DNA from: Dimorphilus gyrociliatus
Taxonomy: Eukaryota > Animalia > Annelida
NCBI GenBank assembly: GCA_904063045.1
Contig: CAJFCJ010000011.1
Coordinates: 806,001-870,000 of the forward strand
DNA: 64,000 bases
Direction: 5' to 3'
This document shows positions 16,390 through 28,500 of the stretch, in pieces. Below the pieces are notes generated by a model. The model did not search any database, had not been told where the DNA came from, and saw nothing but the letters and a program-made list of their open reading frames with translations. A program made the position numbers and the translations under genes. Numbering within the stretch: position 1 is the first letter of the stretch; every line of letters starts with the position of its first letter.

Positions 16390-17040
16390 CTTGTCCGAAG
16401 AAAATGAATAAGGTGAAGATTTGTCCGTTCAATGAAATAACTACACGTGTCAAGCATCTAAGGGAAGGAACATATGGGAAACGGAATGAAAGAACTTAAC
16501 GAATGCACTTTCAGACATGCGCACTAGCAATCAAAATCAAATCAAATTTGAAACAAAATGTATTGATACTTTTTAGTTACAAATTTAAATATGAAATTTC
16601 TCTCAAAAATAAGTTTTCATGGACTTTGGGAAAATGTATAAAATTTTTCCAATAATTCTAAATATATAATGCTTACCTAGTTAGCTCATGTTAAAAAAGT
16701 TAATTTAAAAAATTATGCTTGTTGAAAATTACTCTAATTTTCTTAACAAAAAGAGCCAAGTTAATATGTTGTAATTGTCTCTATAGTTTATTGAACAGCA
16801 GCATTATATGCTTAAGCAAATATTTTTTAAAAAGGAGCTATAGAATATAATTCATTTACTATTTCTTTGAAGTTCTTGAAGGGGAAAGTAGGCTAAATTC
16901 CGACGCTCATCACGATATTGAACTATACATTGTAAGCATGACATAGCAAAAAGTTGTCATTGAATTCGCCACTGAGATACAATAGCAGGTGTCGCCACTT
17001 TTGGTGTTAAATTTAGTTCATTAGCTCCTGTTCAGGAAAC

Positions 17041-20000
17041 ATGAGCTACAAAATTCGTGTTTGCCTACTTGTGTTTACGATTTTATATGGAAGATTAACT
17101 TTAGCTCACGTCCGCTTAACTTTTCCGCCGGCTCGGAAATACGATTGGGACTTTTTAGACAATGTTAGGACTAGCCATCCTTGTGGAGTTCCCCAAGGTA
17201 TACGCCTTAACAGTTATAGTCAATTTTAACAATATGTAACGTGTTTTATATTCAAAATAATAATTCTAAATTTAGCAAAAGACTCTTTGAGTCTTTTTAT
17301 TATTAAAAATATTTATTTTTTTTTTATTAAAACTTTTTTTGTTTTGTCTGAAAAAGGGGGCGAAATGTTATAGGGCGTATTTCATTGAGTGCCTAATATA
17401 AATATATAAAAATTTCAATATAGGTTTTGGCCCGTTCACCGAATTGGTAGAAGAATCTAGATTGAATGTAACATGGCATCTAGCATACGCTCACAGGGTG
17501 AGTCTTTAAAATAATGTGTATATAGTATTTTACTAAATTTTGTCTTAGTGAAGTTTCATTTATACTATTTTCTCCTGTTTTAAAATACATAGGGAGGTTA
17601 TCGATTACAAATCCTAGAGGGTTCATCTACAAGGTATACTCTAACCAATCCAGACAAGTTTGAAGGTCTAACTGATGGAACGTAAGCAGGAGCAAAAAAA
17701 TTAATAATTAAAATTTAATTCAATCTTAAATATTTTTCAGTCGCCAATTTCATACCATTCAGCTTCCTAAAGGCTATACTTGTGAAAGATGTACTATTCG
17801 TTTACTTCGACAGGCCACCGAATGGTCTGGTGGATACTTGTTTTGGAGTTGTGCCGATGTCAAAATATTGCCCAAATTATCAACAGCACCAAAATGCCCT
17901 AAGCGTTTATTGAATACAAACAACATAGAAAATTCATGCGCAGCAAAATGCGCATCTGGAGTATGCCAAGAAAACAATCCACCCGAAATTTGCCTTGTTG
18001 GCAAGGTCTCAGACTGCGGTGGGGAAACTAGAGGTAAATGTGAAAGAGTAGCCTCTTTCACCAAACCATGGAATCGCTGTTTCTGTACTCCTGGATATAT
18101 GGGAGAGAAATGTGAAAAAGGTATACTATTATTATTTTATTATTTTACAATTTTTAAATGATATCTCATTCTAGAATCCAGCATTAAAGATAAACAAGAT
18201 ATTATGCTTGGAAAAATGAATAAACAAGTCGTCGTCAAAGATAAATTTAATGTATATTATCGTTTAATACAGGTAGTCATGCTAATTTCTCGCAATAAGC
18301 TATAACATTCTTAGAATTCATTTTTAGGATATAAACGAACTGGAAGTTGTTCTAAAAGTAAAGAGTACATCATGGGTGGCAATCGGGTGGAGGCCTTCAA
18401 GTATATATTACATATTTTTAATACATATTTTTAATACTGATCTTGTCATCCTAACAATTCTTTGTAGAAACAAGAAATACATGCAGAGCTTTTCCTAAAC
18501 TTGCAACCAGTCAAGGAAAGCCAGAAGGAACTGCTGAACCAGAGGGTGAAGGGAAACCTGAAGGAACTGCTGAACCAGAGGGTGAAGGGAAACCTGAAGG
18601 AACTGCTAAACCAGAGGGTGAAGGAAAACCAGAAGGTGAAGGGAAACCTGAAGGAACTGCTAAACCAGAGGGTGAAGGGAAACCTGAAGGAACTGCTGAA
18701 CCAGAGGGTGAAGGAAAACCTGAAGGTGAAGGGAAACCTGAAGGAACTGCTAAACCAGAAGGTGAAGGGAAACCTGAAGGAACTGCTAAACCAGAGGGTG
18801 AAGGAAAACCAGAAGGTGAAGGGAAACCTGAAGGAACTGCTAAACCAGAGGGTGAAGGGAAACCTGAAGGAACTGCTGAACCAGAGGGTGAAGGAAAACC
18901 TGAAGGTGAAGGGAAACCTGAAGGAACTGCTAAACCAGAGGGTGAAGGAAAACCAGAAGGTGAAGGGAAACCTGAAGGAACTGCTAAACCAGAGGGTGAA
19001 GGGAAACCTGAAGGAACTGCTAAACCAGAGGGTGAAGGGAAACCTGAAGGAACTGCTGAACCAGAGGGTGAAGGGAAACCTGAAGGAACTGCTGAACCAG
19101 AGGGTGAAGGAAAACCTGAAGGTGAAGGGAAACCTGAAGGAACTGCTGAACCAGAGGGTGAAGGGAAACCTGAAGGAACTGCTAAACCAGAGGGTGAAGG
19201 GAAACCTGAAGGAACTGCTGAACCAGAGGGTGAAGGAAAACCTGAAGGTGAAGGGAAACCTGAAGGAACTGCTGAACCAGAGGGTGAAGGAAAACCAGAA
19301 GGTGAAGGGAAACCTGAAGGAACTGCTAAACCAGAGGGTGAAGGGAAACCTGAAGGAACTGCTAAACCAGAGGGTGAAGGAAAACCAGAAGGTGAAGGGA
19401 AACCTGAAGGAACTGCTAAACCAGAGGGTGAAGGGAAACCTGAAGGAACTGCTGAACCAGAGGGTGAAGGAAAACCTGAAGGTGAAGGGAAACCTGAAGG
19501 AACTGCTAAACCAGAGGGTGAAGGAAAACCAGAAGGTGAAGGGAAACCTGAAGGAACTGCTAAACCAGAGGGTGAAGGGAAACCTGAAGGAACTGCTGAA
19601 CCAGAGGGTGAAGGAAAACCAGAAGGTGAAGGGAAACCTGAAGGAACTGCTGAACCAGAAGGTGAAGGAAAACCTGAAGGCGAGGGAAAACCAGAAGGAA
19701 CTGCTGAACCTGAAGGAGAGCCAGAAGGTGGGGGAGAGTTTCACCCGATGGACTGCACTGATATTGTCATCGGTTCTGCTCGAGGTATATACTCAAACAT
19801 TGGTGACTACTATACGAGAGATAGATCTACCCCTCAAAGAGATAGGTTTTATGGTGGGGAAGATTCTCTAACTGCAGCTTTTGGCTACGAAGAAAATGGA
19901 GAAACCCTAATTGCCTTTAGAAGGAAACTTGACACCAAAGATCCTGCTGACCATGCAATTACCGAAGGCTTCATGCATGCTATATTTGCGAGAGGACAAG

Positions 20001-21772
20001 AGCATGGAAAATATATACATCGTCCGGCTTCGAGCTTAGAAGCAAATAGAGCTCAGGATAAAATGTTTTATCGTAAAGATGAAGTCAAATATCACGGACA
20101 CGGTGATCAGAGAGTAATTAGAAACATTAATTTCTTGGAAAAAAAAGATCTAAAAGAGGACGGATTTTGTTTTGGGGAGAGAAGGTTTCCAGTCAATTGT
20201 GATGAAAATTGTGACTACCATGCTAGCTGGATATACAATGAGAGCACTGATATAATCAGTTTCACAATTATAACAAGACAAGCTCCTAACACTTGGACTG
20301 CTGTTGGTTTTGCTGTAGGCGAAGTTATGGAAAACGTTGATGTTGTCATCGGAAATGCAGAAAGTGGTACAGTTTGGGATGCTTATATTGATGGTAGATA
20401 TAGCGCTCCAGTTCGGGATGAAATACAAAACATTAGGAATACTTCTATATCTCGAATAGACGGTGTAACGACCATGCGTTTTGAAAGGCCTAGGATCTCT
20501 TCAAATGAAAAATTTACTTTTTCTGATACTCAATGTCTTAATTTTTTCTTTCCCGTCTCTCCAGGTTCTTTTGATACTAAAAGTCAGATAATGCAGAGAC
20601 ATATTGCAACACCAATTATACAAAACAATATTTGTGTGGGAAAATGTACACCTGGAACAACTGCTAAACCAGAAGATGAAGGAACTGCTGAACCTGAAGG
20701 AACTGCTGAACCTGAAGGAACTGATAAACCTGAAGGAACTACTAAACCAGATGGTGAAAGAGGACCAAATATCACAGCAACAATTAGAATAACATCACTG
20801 CCATGGTCACCAGATCTGAAGAATAAGGAAAGCCCTATCAGAAAGAAGACAGATAAACTTTTGAGCAAAGAACTTATGGCAGTTTTGAAAGAATCAGTGA
20901 AAAAAATAATAATAACAGACTATAATATTGGAAGTGTAATTGCTTCCACTGTTCTAGTTCTTAATAAAAAAGATTCTAATAACAAACAAACGGTAATTAA
21001 CAAGCTTAAACATCAAATTGACAGAGGAATTTTGGGAAACTTCACAGTCGATAAAGATTATCCACTCATTGACAATCAAAGTGAAAAAACTTCAGGTGAG
21101 ATTTTTAGGTTAGCAGAATTAAATAAAAATTTTCATTTATAGTTAACGACGACGGCTTATCGGAGGAAGATAAAATTATTATTTCTGTTGTCGTATCTGC
21201 TCTTCTTATGCTGTTGATATTTATTATACCGTTGACTATCTGTAAAATAAAGAATAAGAAAATCCCTATCGACAGTCAGGATAAGAAAAAAGTAAAACAT
21301 TATATAAATAAGTTAAAATTCTAAATTTTAAACGTTTTAGATATTTGATGATTTTGCTGATAATCGTGTACAACCAAATGAGTCAAGTGATATTCAAACA
21401 AAAATTGATAAACATGAAAATTTAGGTACAGGTGAAAATGGATATTCAACCTTCGTTTCTTCTTCAGATGAAAAACCTAACAAAGTCCAGTCATCAACTA
21501 TCCAATTATCAAGCCGGAATAATATCGACGAAGCTGGGAAGGACAAAGTCACTGATCCAATTTTGAAACCGTTTCAACCTGTATCGTATCAGCCTCCTTT
21601 TTATAATGGAAGCAACTCTCAAAGTTTAACGAAAACAATAAATACAACCCCACACAACTTTAATGACAGTAACACCTTGCCTAAAAAATCCTCTGATGAC
21701 GGCACAATCTACGAAAGCACTGTTTCACATTCTGATCAACCAAAAATATCTAAAATTCGAGTTGGAAAATAA
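17041..21772 (+). CDS. Type-I membrane protein of about 1359 aa: signal peptide, His-brace LPMO-like domain, Cys-rich/EGF, DOMON (split by PEG repeat), DOMON, SEA, TM, cytoplasmic tail
   Basis: Nine exons: 17041-17197, 17424-17497, 17593-17681, 17741-18120, 18175-18272, 18328-18400, 18468-21095, 21143-21291, 21341-21772; all GT-AG with consistent phases, 4080 nt in total. Motifs: TLA|HVRLTFPPAR, WHLAYAHRGG, FWSCADV, CFCTPGYMGEKC, WVAIGW...HPMDCTDIVIG...KYHG, WTAVGF...MENVDVVIG...RH, GSVIA, TM IIISVVVSALLMLLIFIIPLTIC. Confidence 0.88.
18521..19729 (+). repeat. Coding minisatellite of 36-bp and 54-bp units encoding PEGTA(E/K)PEGEGK with optional extra PEGEGK (27 GGAACTGCT cores, 403 codons)
   Basis: Near-identical units CCTGAAGGAACTGCT(G/A)AACCAGAGGGTGAAGG(G/A)AAA. 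The true frame is fixed by the acceptor at 18467 and runs in frame into HPMDCTD. Confidence 0.97.
20651..20758 (+). repeat. Short degenerate copy of the PEGTA repeat in the DOMON2-SEA linker
   Basis: PGTTAKPEDEGTAEPEGTAEPEGTDKPEGTTKPDGE, built from the same GAAGGAACTGCT core. Confidence 0.85.
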
Positions 21773-22706
21773 AATGGCGAACTTTCGAATTTGAAATTGT
21801 TTTATCTCCATAGAGGACAACTCGAAACAAAGCAATTTTTAATATTATTGTCTTCAATTTTAGTTATTATTTTATCATACTTATAAGACTTGTTTCTTTT
21901 AACGATTATTTTTTGACATTATGAAAGTACTCAAACGGATCTTTGCAATTGAATTTTTCTTGCCTCTGTACAAATGTTTGTAGTCTTAAATACTCAGTCT
22001 ATTTGTTTTCAAGAACTTTTGACGAAAGACTTAAGAATGAAATCTGTATGATTACACATGATAAGTGGAATTTATATTGGCATATTATGATTACTTTCTA
22101 GAATTATGTTGTGCCAAAGTGTTCGTGAGAAAATAAAAGTTTTGCATTGCAACTTGAACTAATTAATAACCGTTTGCGTTTTTTATGAAAGGTCTCGTTG
22201 AAAAATTTCAAAACATTCTTGATTAAAAGTAATAAAATTCTATAAAATACATTGTACAGAGTTCATAACGAATAAAATAAAACCCCTATCAAGAAGCGGA
22301 GGGAATTACAAAGCTAAAGAAACTAACACTTAGAAGATTAATAAAGAGACGGTTAGTTTCAAAAAGAGTATTTTAACATCTCTTATTTCCAATTTATTCT
22401 AAAAATTTGACATTTTTTGACAAACCGGACATAAGCTAGGATAGTCAAATATGATATAGCGACATCTAGTGGCAATTAGCTTTTTAGTTACCGGTTTACT
22501 CTTCGCCTAGGATATCTCATAAAGATAATAAAATATAAATTCATTTTCTGAATTTGACAGCAAAAAAATATATAACAGACTTCAACGTAATTCTACTTGT
22601 TTGATTATTGACCGTAATGCTTTAAAATAAAATATAAATTTATTATCGCTCATTTCACAAATTTGATATTTGTAAGATTTACAGTGAAGATCTTAAAAAG
22701 TCCACG

Positions 22707-24031
22707 ATGTCTGGAACTCTTGCATGCCTAGAACATTTAACTTTTCCTCACTCGATGCAAACCGCACTACAGCATATGGAAGAGTGGCTTTCTAACGGTC
22801 GTGTCCCAGGTATCAACATTTCATCTGAAGAATTTATGAAACAAATCTGTGATGATTACGTTTTTTCGACGAAGTCAAAGAAAAATCCGAAAGTAAACTA
22901 CAGGTGTATGTGAATTTCAGATAGAGCTGATTTTGAATTTTTTTATACAGAGCCAGTTAACAGGGTTACAGGAGCTGTTTCTAGTTACTAAACTAGCCAA
23001 AGCATTTTCAAAAAGAGGATCTCATGAGAGTATACGTCAAGAACTCTTTTGGACTCTTTTCCCTCCCAGTCACATGACCCCTCAGAGGCAACAGGTTTTA
23101 ACGAAAGTAATTGGAATTGGCATTGCAGAAAAAGTTGTTGAGGTTCTTGAATTCGGTGCTCGATTCATCAACGCTTCCGGCCCAACCTCGCCGTCATCAC
23201 AATATATAATACAGCATACAATCGATGATTACGTAAATTTGTTCCCTAATAATCCCTCGTTGCAGAATATACATTACGAATCAGAGTTATTTACTTGTTC
23301 CTTTCTATGTACCTGCTCTCAAATTCTTAAACCACCAAGAAAAATAGAAAAAAATTTTGACATTGAAAAGAAAGAATTAACTTTGGATATTCTTAAAATT
23401 ACATCTAATTGGTTGTACTCAAAGCCAACTATTGGAATAGCTAGCTTGCCAAAGCAAGAGGGAGCTTTACTGCCCCCTGATCCTAATTGCAAGTCTCCGA
23501 CCCCTGTTGTTGGATTAATTATGTGGATATGCAAAGCTGCTTTAATTTGCTATCCACAACAACTTTCGAATGAATGGAAAAAGTATTATTCAAGATTACG
23601 TAAGGGTATATGTGGCTGCCTTTGGGAATTTAAAAAATTAAAAGGATCAGAACAAGCTCCTCTGATTGCAAATACAGATGTCATTCATATGGCTAAAGAT
23701 CTTAGTAAAATGTGTAATGAGCTACAATTGCGGAACGAATGCATTGTAATTGAGACCGTGGATGTATTTTTGGATTTTCTAGATGTTGCAATAGGATCGT
23801 TAACAGTTCGAGCTTCGCCGAGTATAAATTCTAGTCTTTTGTATATAATACAAATTCTGTTAAATTATTTTATTTACAGATGAGATTCGAGAAGTGCTTC
23901 AAAGTTTGCCCTCGACAATATCAGTAAAAAAGTCAAGTATCAAACTATTACCGAAAGATATGTACTTTAAATCGGCTGGCCTTGGTGATGATAGCGAAGA
24001 AGAATTGGAAGAGCAAATGGATTATTATTGA
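22707..24031 (+). CDS. INTS15: Integrator subunit 15 (C7orf26)-like (3 exons)
   Basis: LTGLQELFLV...SIRQELFWTLFPP...RQQVLTKVIGIGIA...VLEFGARFI parallels C7orf26 LNSLQELQLL...VRQIIFSSLFSP...RMSLLGKLVSMAVA...VLECAASWL. Confidence 0.7.
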
Positions 24032-24546
24032 TATACAGTGAAATAAACTTTTATAATTTTATTCAATGACAATACTGATACTGTTCGTAAACTTTTTAAA
24101 CATTTTAGAAAATGTCTTACACGATTGCTGTCCGTAGAAATTATTACAACCATAGAATATTTAGCATTATCCACGAAAAGAAATGATTAAAATATTCTAA
24201 TTGAAGAAATAAAGTTCACTATTTATTAAAATTAAACAAGCTACCTCTAACTAATCTTTTATCATTTTATTAATAAATAAAGATTAGCTTCGAAAAAATC
24301 AAATCTTGTGTCTTACATCAATTCTTTCACAGTCATTAAATTAAGTGTAATAATTTTTGTTACGTAAAACGACTAAAAGAAATCTTAAAATACCTGCTCA
24401 ACAATAAAGACGCCGAATTGCAATTTTTTAGTATAATGTTATCAGTACTCACAGATGGCGCACTTAACAGTAAACAAGGACGATATGTCTCATTTGTTAT
24501 TAGTGTATTGTGTCCTTGTGCTAAGGTTAAAGAAAATATCAAAAGA

Positions 24547-25143
24547 ATGGTTAAGGTATTGGTAGCCGTCGACGACAGCGAGACTTCCTTGAAAGCTTTT
24601 CATTGTAAGACAACATAATAATTATTTATTGTGAATTATTGAATACTTTTATTCCTAGTCTATTTTGAAACTGCACACAAGCCAGATAATGAAGTTTTGT
24701 TTGTCCATGGAATGGAGTATCCATATATCGGCGGTGGTTTTCGTTAGTATAATTTTAAAAAAATACCTCTCTATAAGCTGAACTTTTTAATTAGCTGTCA
24801 GGGAGGAAATCGTTGAAAACATTTTAAAAGAGACAAGGCTGAGCCATAAATCAGTAGAAGAGAGATATAAAAAGATTATCGAAGATAATGAGGCAAGTAA
24901 TCTAATATTTTTAACGAATACTATCTTTATAAAGTGCGGCCTATTTAGATTAAAGGACGATTTGTCAGTGAATTTTGCCCAAGATCAGGAGAATTTATTG
25001 TGAGTATAGCAGAGAAAGAAGATGCGAGCTTAATAGTGATGGGTACACGAGGTATGGGTAAACTTCGTAGAACCATACTTGGATCAGTATCGGATTACGT
25101 CCTTCATCACGCCAAGTGTCCAGTCATAATCGCTCGCCGTTAG
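24547..25143 (+). CDS. Universal stress protein (single USP domain, 4 exons)
   Basis: [18 protein letters not shown]...[45 protein letters not shown]; ATP-binding type G-x2-G-x9-G-S motif. Confidence 0.95.
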
Positions 25144-25543
25144 ACTGGTCTATGATAATCAATTTTATAGTAAAGCAGATTAGCTTGGTTGTTCTTCAAG
25201 CAATCAGATACATTAGTTAGGGAATTATTACTATCCCAGTTTAGTTGCTGTTTTCTTTATATTAAACAACAAGGTATTTCAAATATACACTTTATATAAA
25301 CCATATACGCAAAAATATTCCATAAAAAAGTGTACTGTTTTTAAAACGTCAATAAATCTTAAGCAGTTTTAATGATAGATATTCCATGTTTTCTTTCAAA
25401 CAACATATCTTTCTTGTCCTAATTAATTTCGCACACTTAACCGTCAAAAAGTTGTCAACAAGATTGTTTAATTTCTAAGGATAAAGAAAAGCTTTTCAGG
25501 CGGACGGAAAATAGATTCTTTCAGTTAAAAAATTAGAACGAGC

Positions 25544-28500
25544 CTATGAAGAATCTCCCAAGCCAACACCACTGGATATACATGCTGAACGTAGAAGGTC
25601 TATTTGATGAGAATCAGAATTTTCGGGTGAATTGGGAATAGAGTCCATTTCGTTGATTTCAATATGAGTACTGGCAATAATTTTAACATCTTCGTTGGTT
25701 TCTTTTTTTTGCAGCTTAATATCATAGAAGCATTTTTCTTCAAGCAATTTATTTAAATCAGTTACTTGATGAACAATATTGGTCTTTGAATTCGTTCTTT
25801 TCAGATTATCATAAAATGCTTTGTTTTTTGTTCTTTCAAATTTGCTTATTTTTTCGTCGAATGTTTTTGCTATATCATGTTTTCGTATTCTGCTTTTGAA
25901 AGGACATAGATCAATGTTCATCAGTTCAAGAAATTGGCTATCTTCTTCGACCCATTTTCGTCTAATATCGTCATACTCCATAAAATTCTTAGCATATTCT
26001 CGGCCATCCAGATTGTATTTTTCTTTGAACCTTATCATTATATTCCCAAAAGTTTGTGATCGTAAAATATCCCCAAGCTCTTCCAATAGGTTAACTTGAA
26101 AGAATATATACTCTATCGGTTCCTTTTCCCCTTCAAAAAATTGCAAAACACTTCCATGCTTAAGATTGGTCACATCGTAAAACGAACTTTTTGGTTCCAT
26201 CTAAAATAATACTCAATAAGAACAGAACACAGAAATATATTCAAAAAGGAATACAATACCGGTTTAGAATGGGTTTGCCTATTGTTTATACATTCTAATA
26301 ATAAACTTCCAAGTAACTTAGTAGTTAGTCTTTTCGAATTTTCACTCGCCAAGTGGATAGAATTATTATCTATTTTCATTTTTTCTCTAGCTAGTACTTG
26401 AAATGAATAACTATCTTCCTGTAATTTTATTACATTTAAAAAAGTTTATGTAAAAGAGTACTAACATCGACTAATAATAATGTTCCGTGAGTATTTTCAA
26501 CGTATTTTTCACCAGGACGTTTCACTCGTAATTTTCCATCATATTTACCTAAAAGTTATTGCAAGGGATAAATGTTATGTTGTAAAATGAAATTACTTAT
26601 GAATAGATCGACTGTGGGGTCCATAATGTACAGCCAATCTGTCAAATCATTTGTATTTAACAGGATCGCATAAAGGCGCTTCATGCCAGTTTCTGAAATT
26701 CAGGTTAAGAAAGCATTATTCGAAATATAAAACAAGACAGCTGTATATGTAAAAATTTCCAAAGCTTACTGTAGGCGTGCAATTCAATATCATCGGCAAT
26801 AGTACAAACAGGCTTATCTATACTCTTTGGGAAGTCTTGTTTAATTTGTAGTTTATTTCGTAAACTTTCTTTTGCTAGGCTTCTTATCGCTGCATTATCC
26901 AGCTTTTCAAGAGCATCATCTGAAAAATATATAATAGTAAACAAGTTTAATTTTATCAAATTGCAAATTATTATACCTAAATTTTGCACGTCATCTTGAT
27001 TACAGAGCTTATTCAATTCTTCAGTTATAAGGGCATTACTGATTGCAGTAGCACTCCCTGAAATTGTCAATTTATAAGAAATCATCTATGATAAACTTCA
27101 CATACCGAATTGTGAAATCGAAGGACTTTCAAATTTAGCAATTTCTCCTTTGGTAAATTTAGAAATGTTGCACCCCTGGATAAAGTATAGGCCTTGTTCT
27201 TCACAGTTGCTAATTTTTACATTGAAAAAGCTGTCCTCCAGATATTCTACAATTAGAATTCTAACCAGTTTTTGAATATCTGGATTATCATTAAAGCTTA
27301 TAAAGTTCGTCAATTTCAACCCAAGAATATGCAGAAAGAGTAGATTATCCAAAACCTCTTTACCATATTCATTTTTCACGTACTCCATCAGGTTTGCAAT
27401 ATATTCTGAAGAAGCTTCTTCATTATTTTCGTCCTCTTCTGATATAATGAGTAAATAACTTGCAGGTTTTCTAGAACCTTTTATCTCTACACAGGACTCA
27501 GATGTAATTAATTCGCTATTTTCAAAAGTTGTATTATTTTCTTTCATATCCATATCTACAATTTCCAAACTATGATCATCGCCGTCCATATCATAATCTG
27601 CATCAATTGCCTGAACCTCTGTTTCAAGAGCAATAATACTGTCAGCGTCTGATAGACATTTTGCATTGAATGCATACATGATTTCACGGCTTTTTTCAAA
27701 TGCAATTTCATTCTTAACTTCCTCTTCCCCCTTTCCTGTATTTTCAATTATCTCACTTAAAGATAGCATAACCTTGTCATATTCCTCGTCAGAATATTCT
27801 AATAATAATAGTTCTTCATTCATTGTTCCAAAAAATGGGAATCTTTCCTCTTGAGATTCTAGAAAGGAGTGAATATCTTCAGCAACAGAATTAATACAAT
27901 GTTCTTCATATTCTTGGACTTTTTCATTCTCATTCTGCAAGGAACTGGTGTCTCTTACAACATTTTCACGGTCGTCACTTAAACATTTTAAGTTTTCATA
28001 CAGCGTAAATTTTCTTTTAGCAAGTTTCCACGTGCTATTGAGTTGTTCTTTAAGATCCTCAATTGTGTAGGCATCTCCTACAAAAAATGTCTGATCTTCT
28101 GAGTTTGTTACAAGGCGTCTGAATTCATTTCGTTTATCACACTGTTGGAAAATTACCCATTCAACACTCTTCACATCTACGTCAGATAGTCCAAAAACTT
28201 TAATATATTCCCTTTCCTCTTCGGCGTTTCTGCTGTTTAGCGTGTTGGAAAAATATTCAAATAGACGTCTCTCTTCATCAGTAAACTCAACTTCCGATAA
28301 AATCCCTTCTTTATCAGACATCTCTAATGTTGACATTTTATTTATCTTTTCTAAATCAGTTAGATAGATATCTTCAAATATTGATCTCAATAGATTAGAA
28401 AATTCCCGAACAAACTCCTTTTCTTCTTCATAGTGAGAACTATATTTCTCTTTCTTTAATTTTTCTAATATATAATGCTCGAGTGTTGTGGCCACTAAAA

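Noticed and set aside
18521-19729. CRISPR-like appearance of regularly spaced 36-bp repeats
   Set aside because: Units are contiguous with no unique spacers, lie inside a spliced eukaryotic exon, and no cas genes are present.
18446-19744. 432-aa antisense ORF rich in F/S/W/R/T
   Set aside because: Reverse-strand shadow of the stop-free coding repeat; no independent splice or promoter support.
18501-19871. 456-aa ORF of ELLNQRVKGNLK repeats that looks like a coiled coil
   Set aside because: Wrong frame. The acceptor at 18467 and continuity into the DOMON HPMDCTD fix the PEGTA frame.
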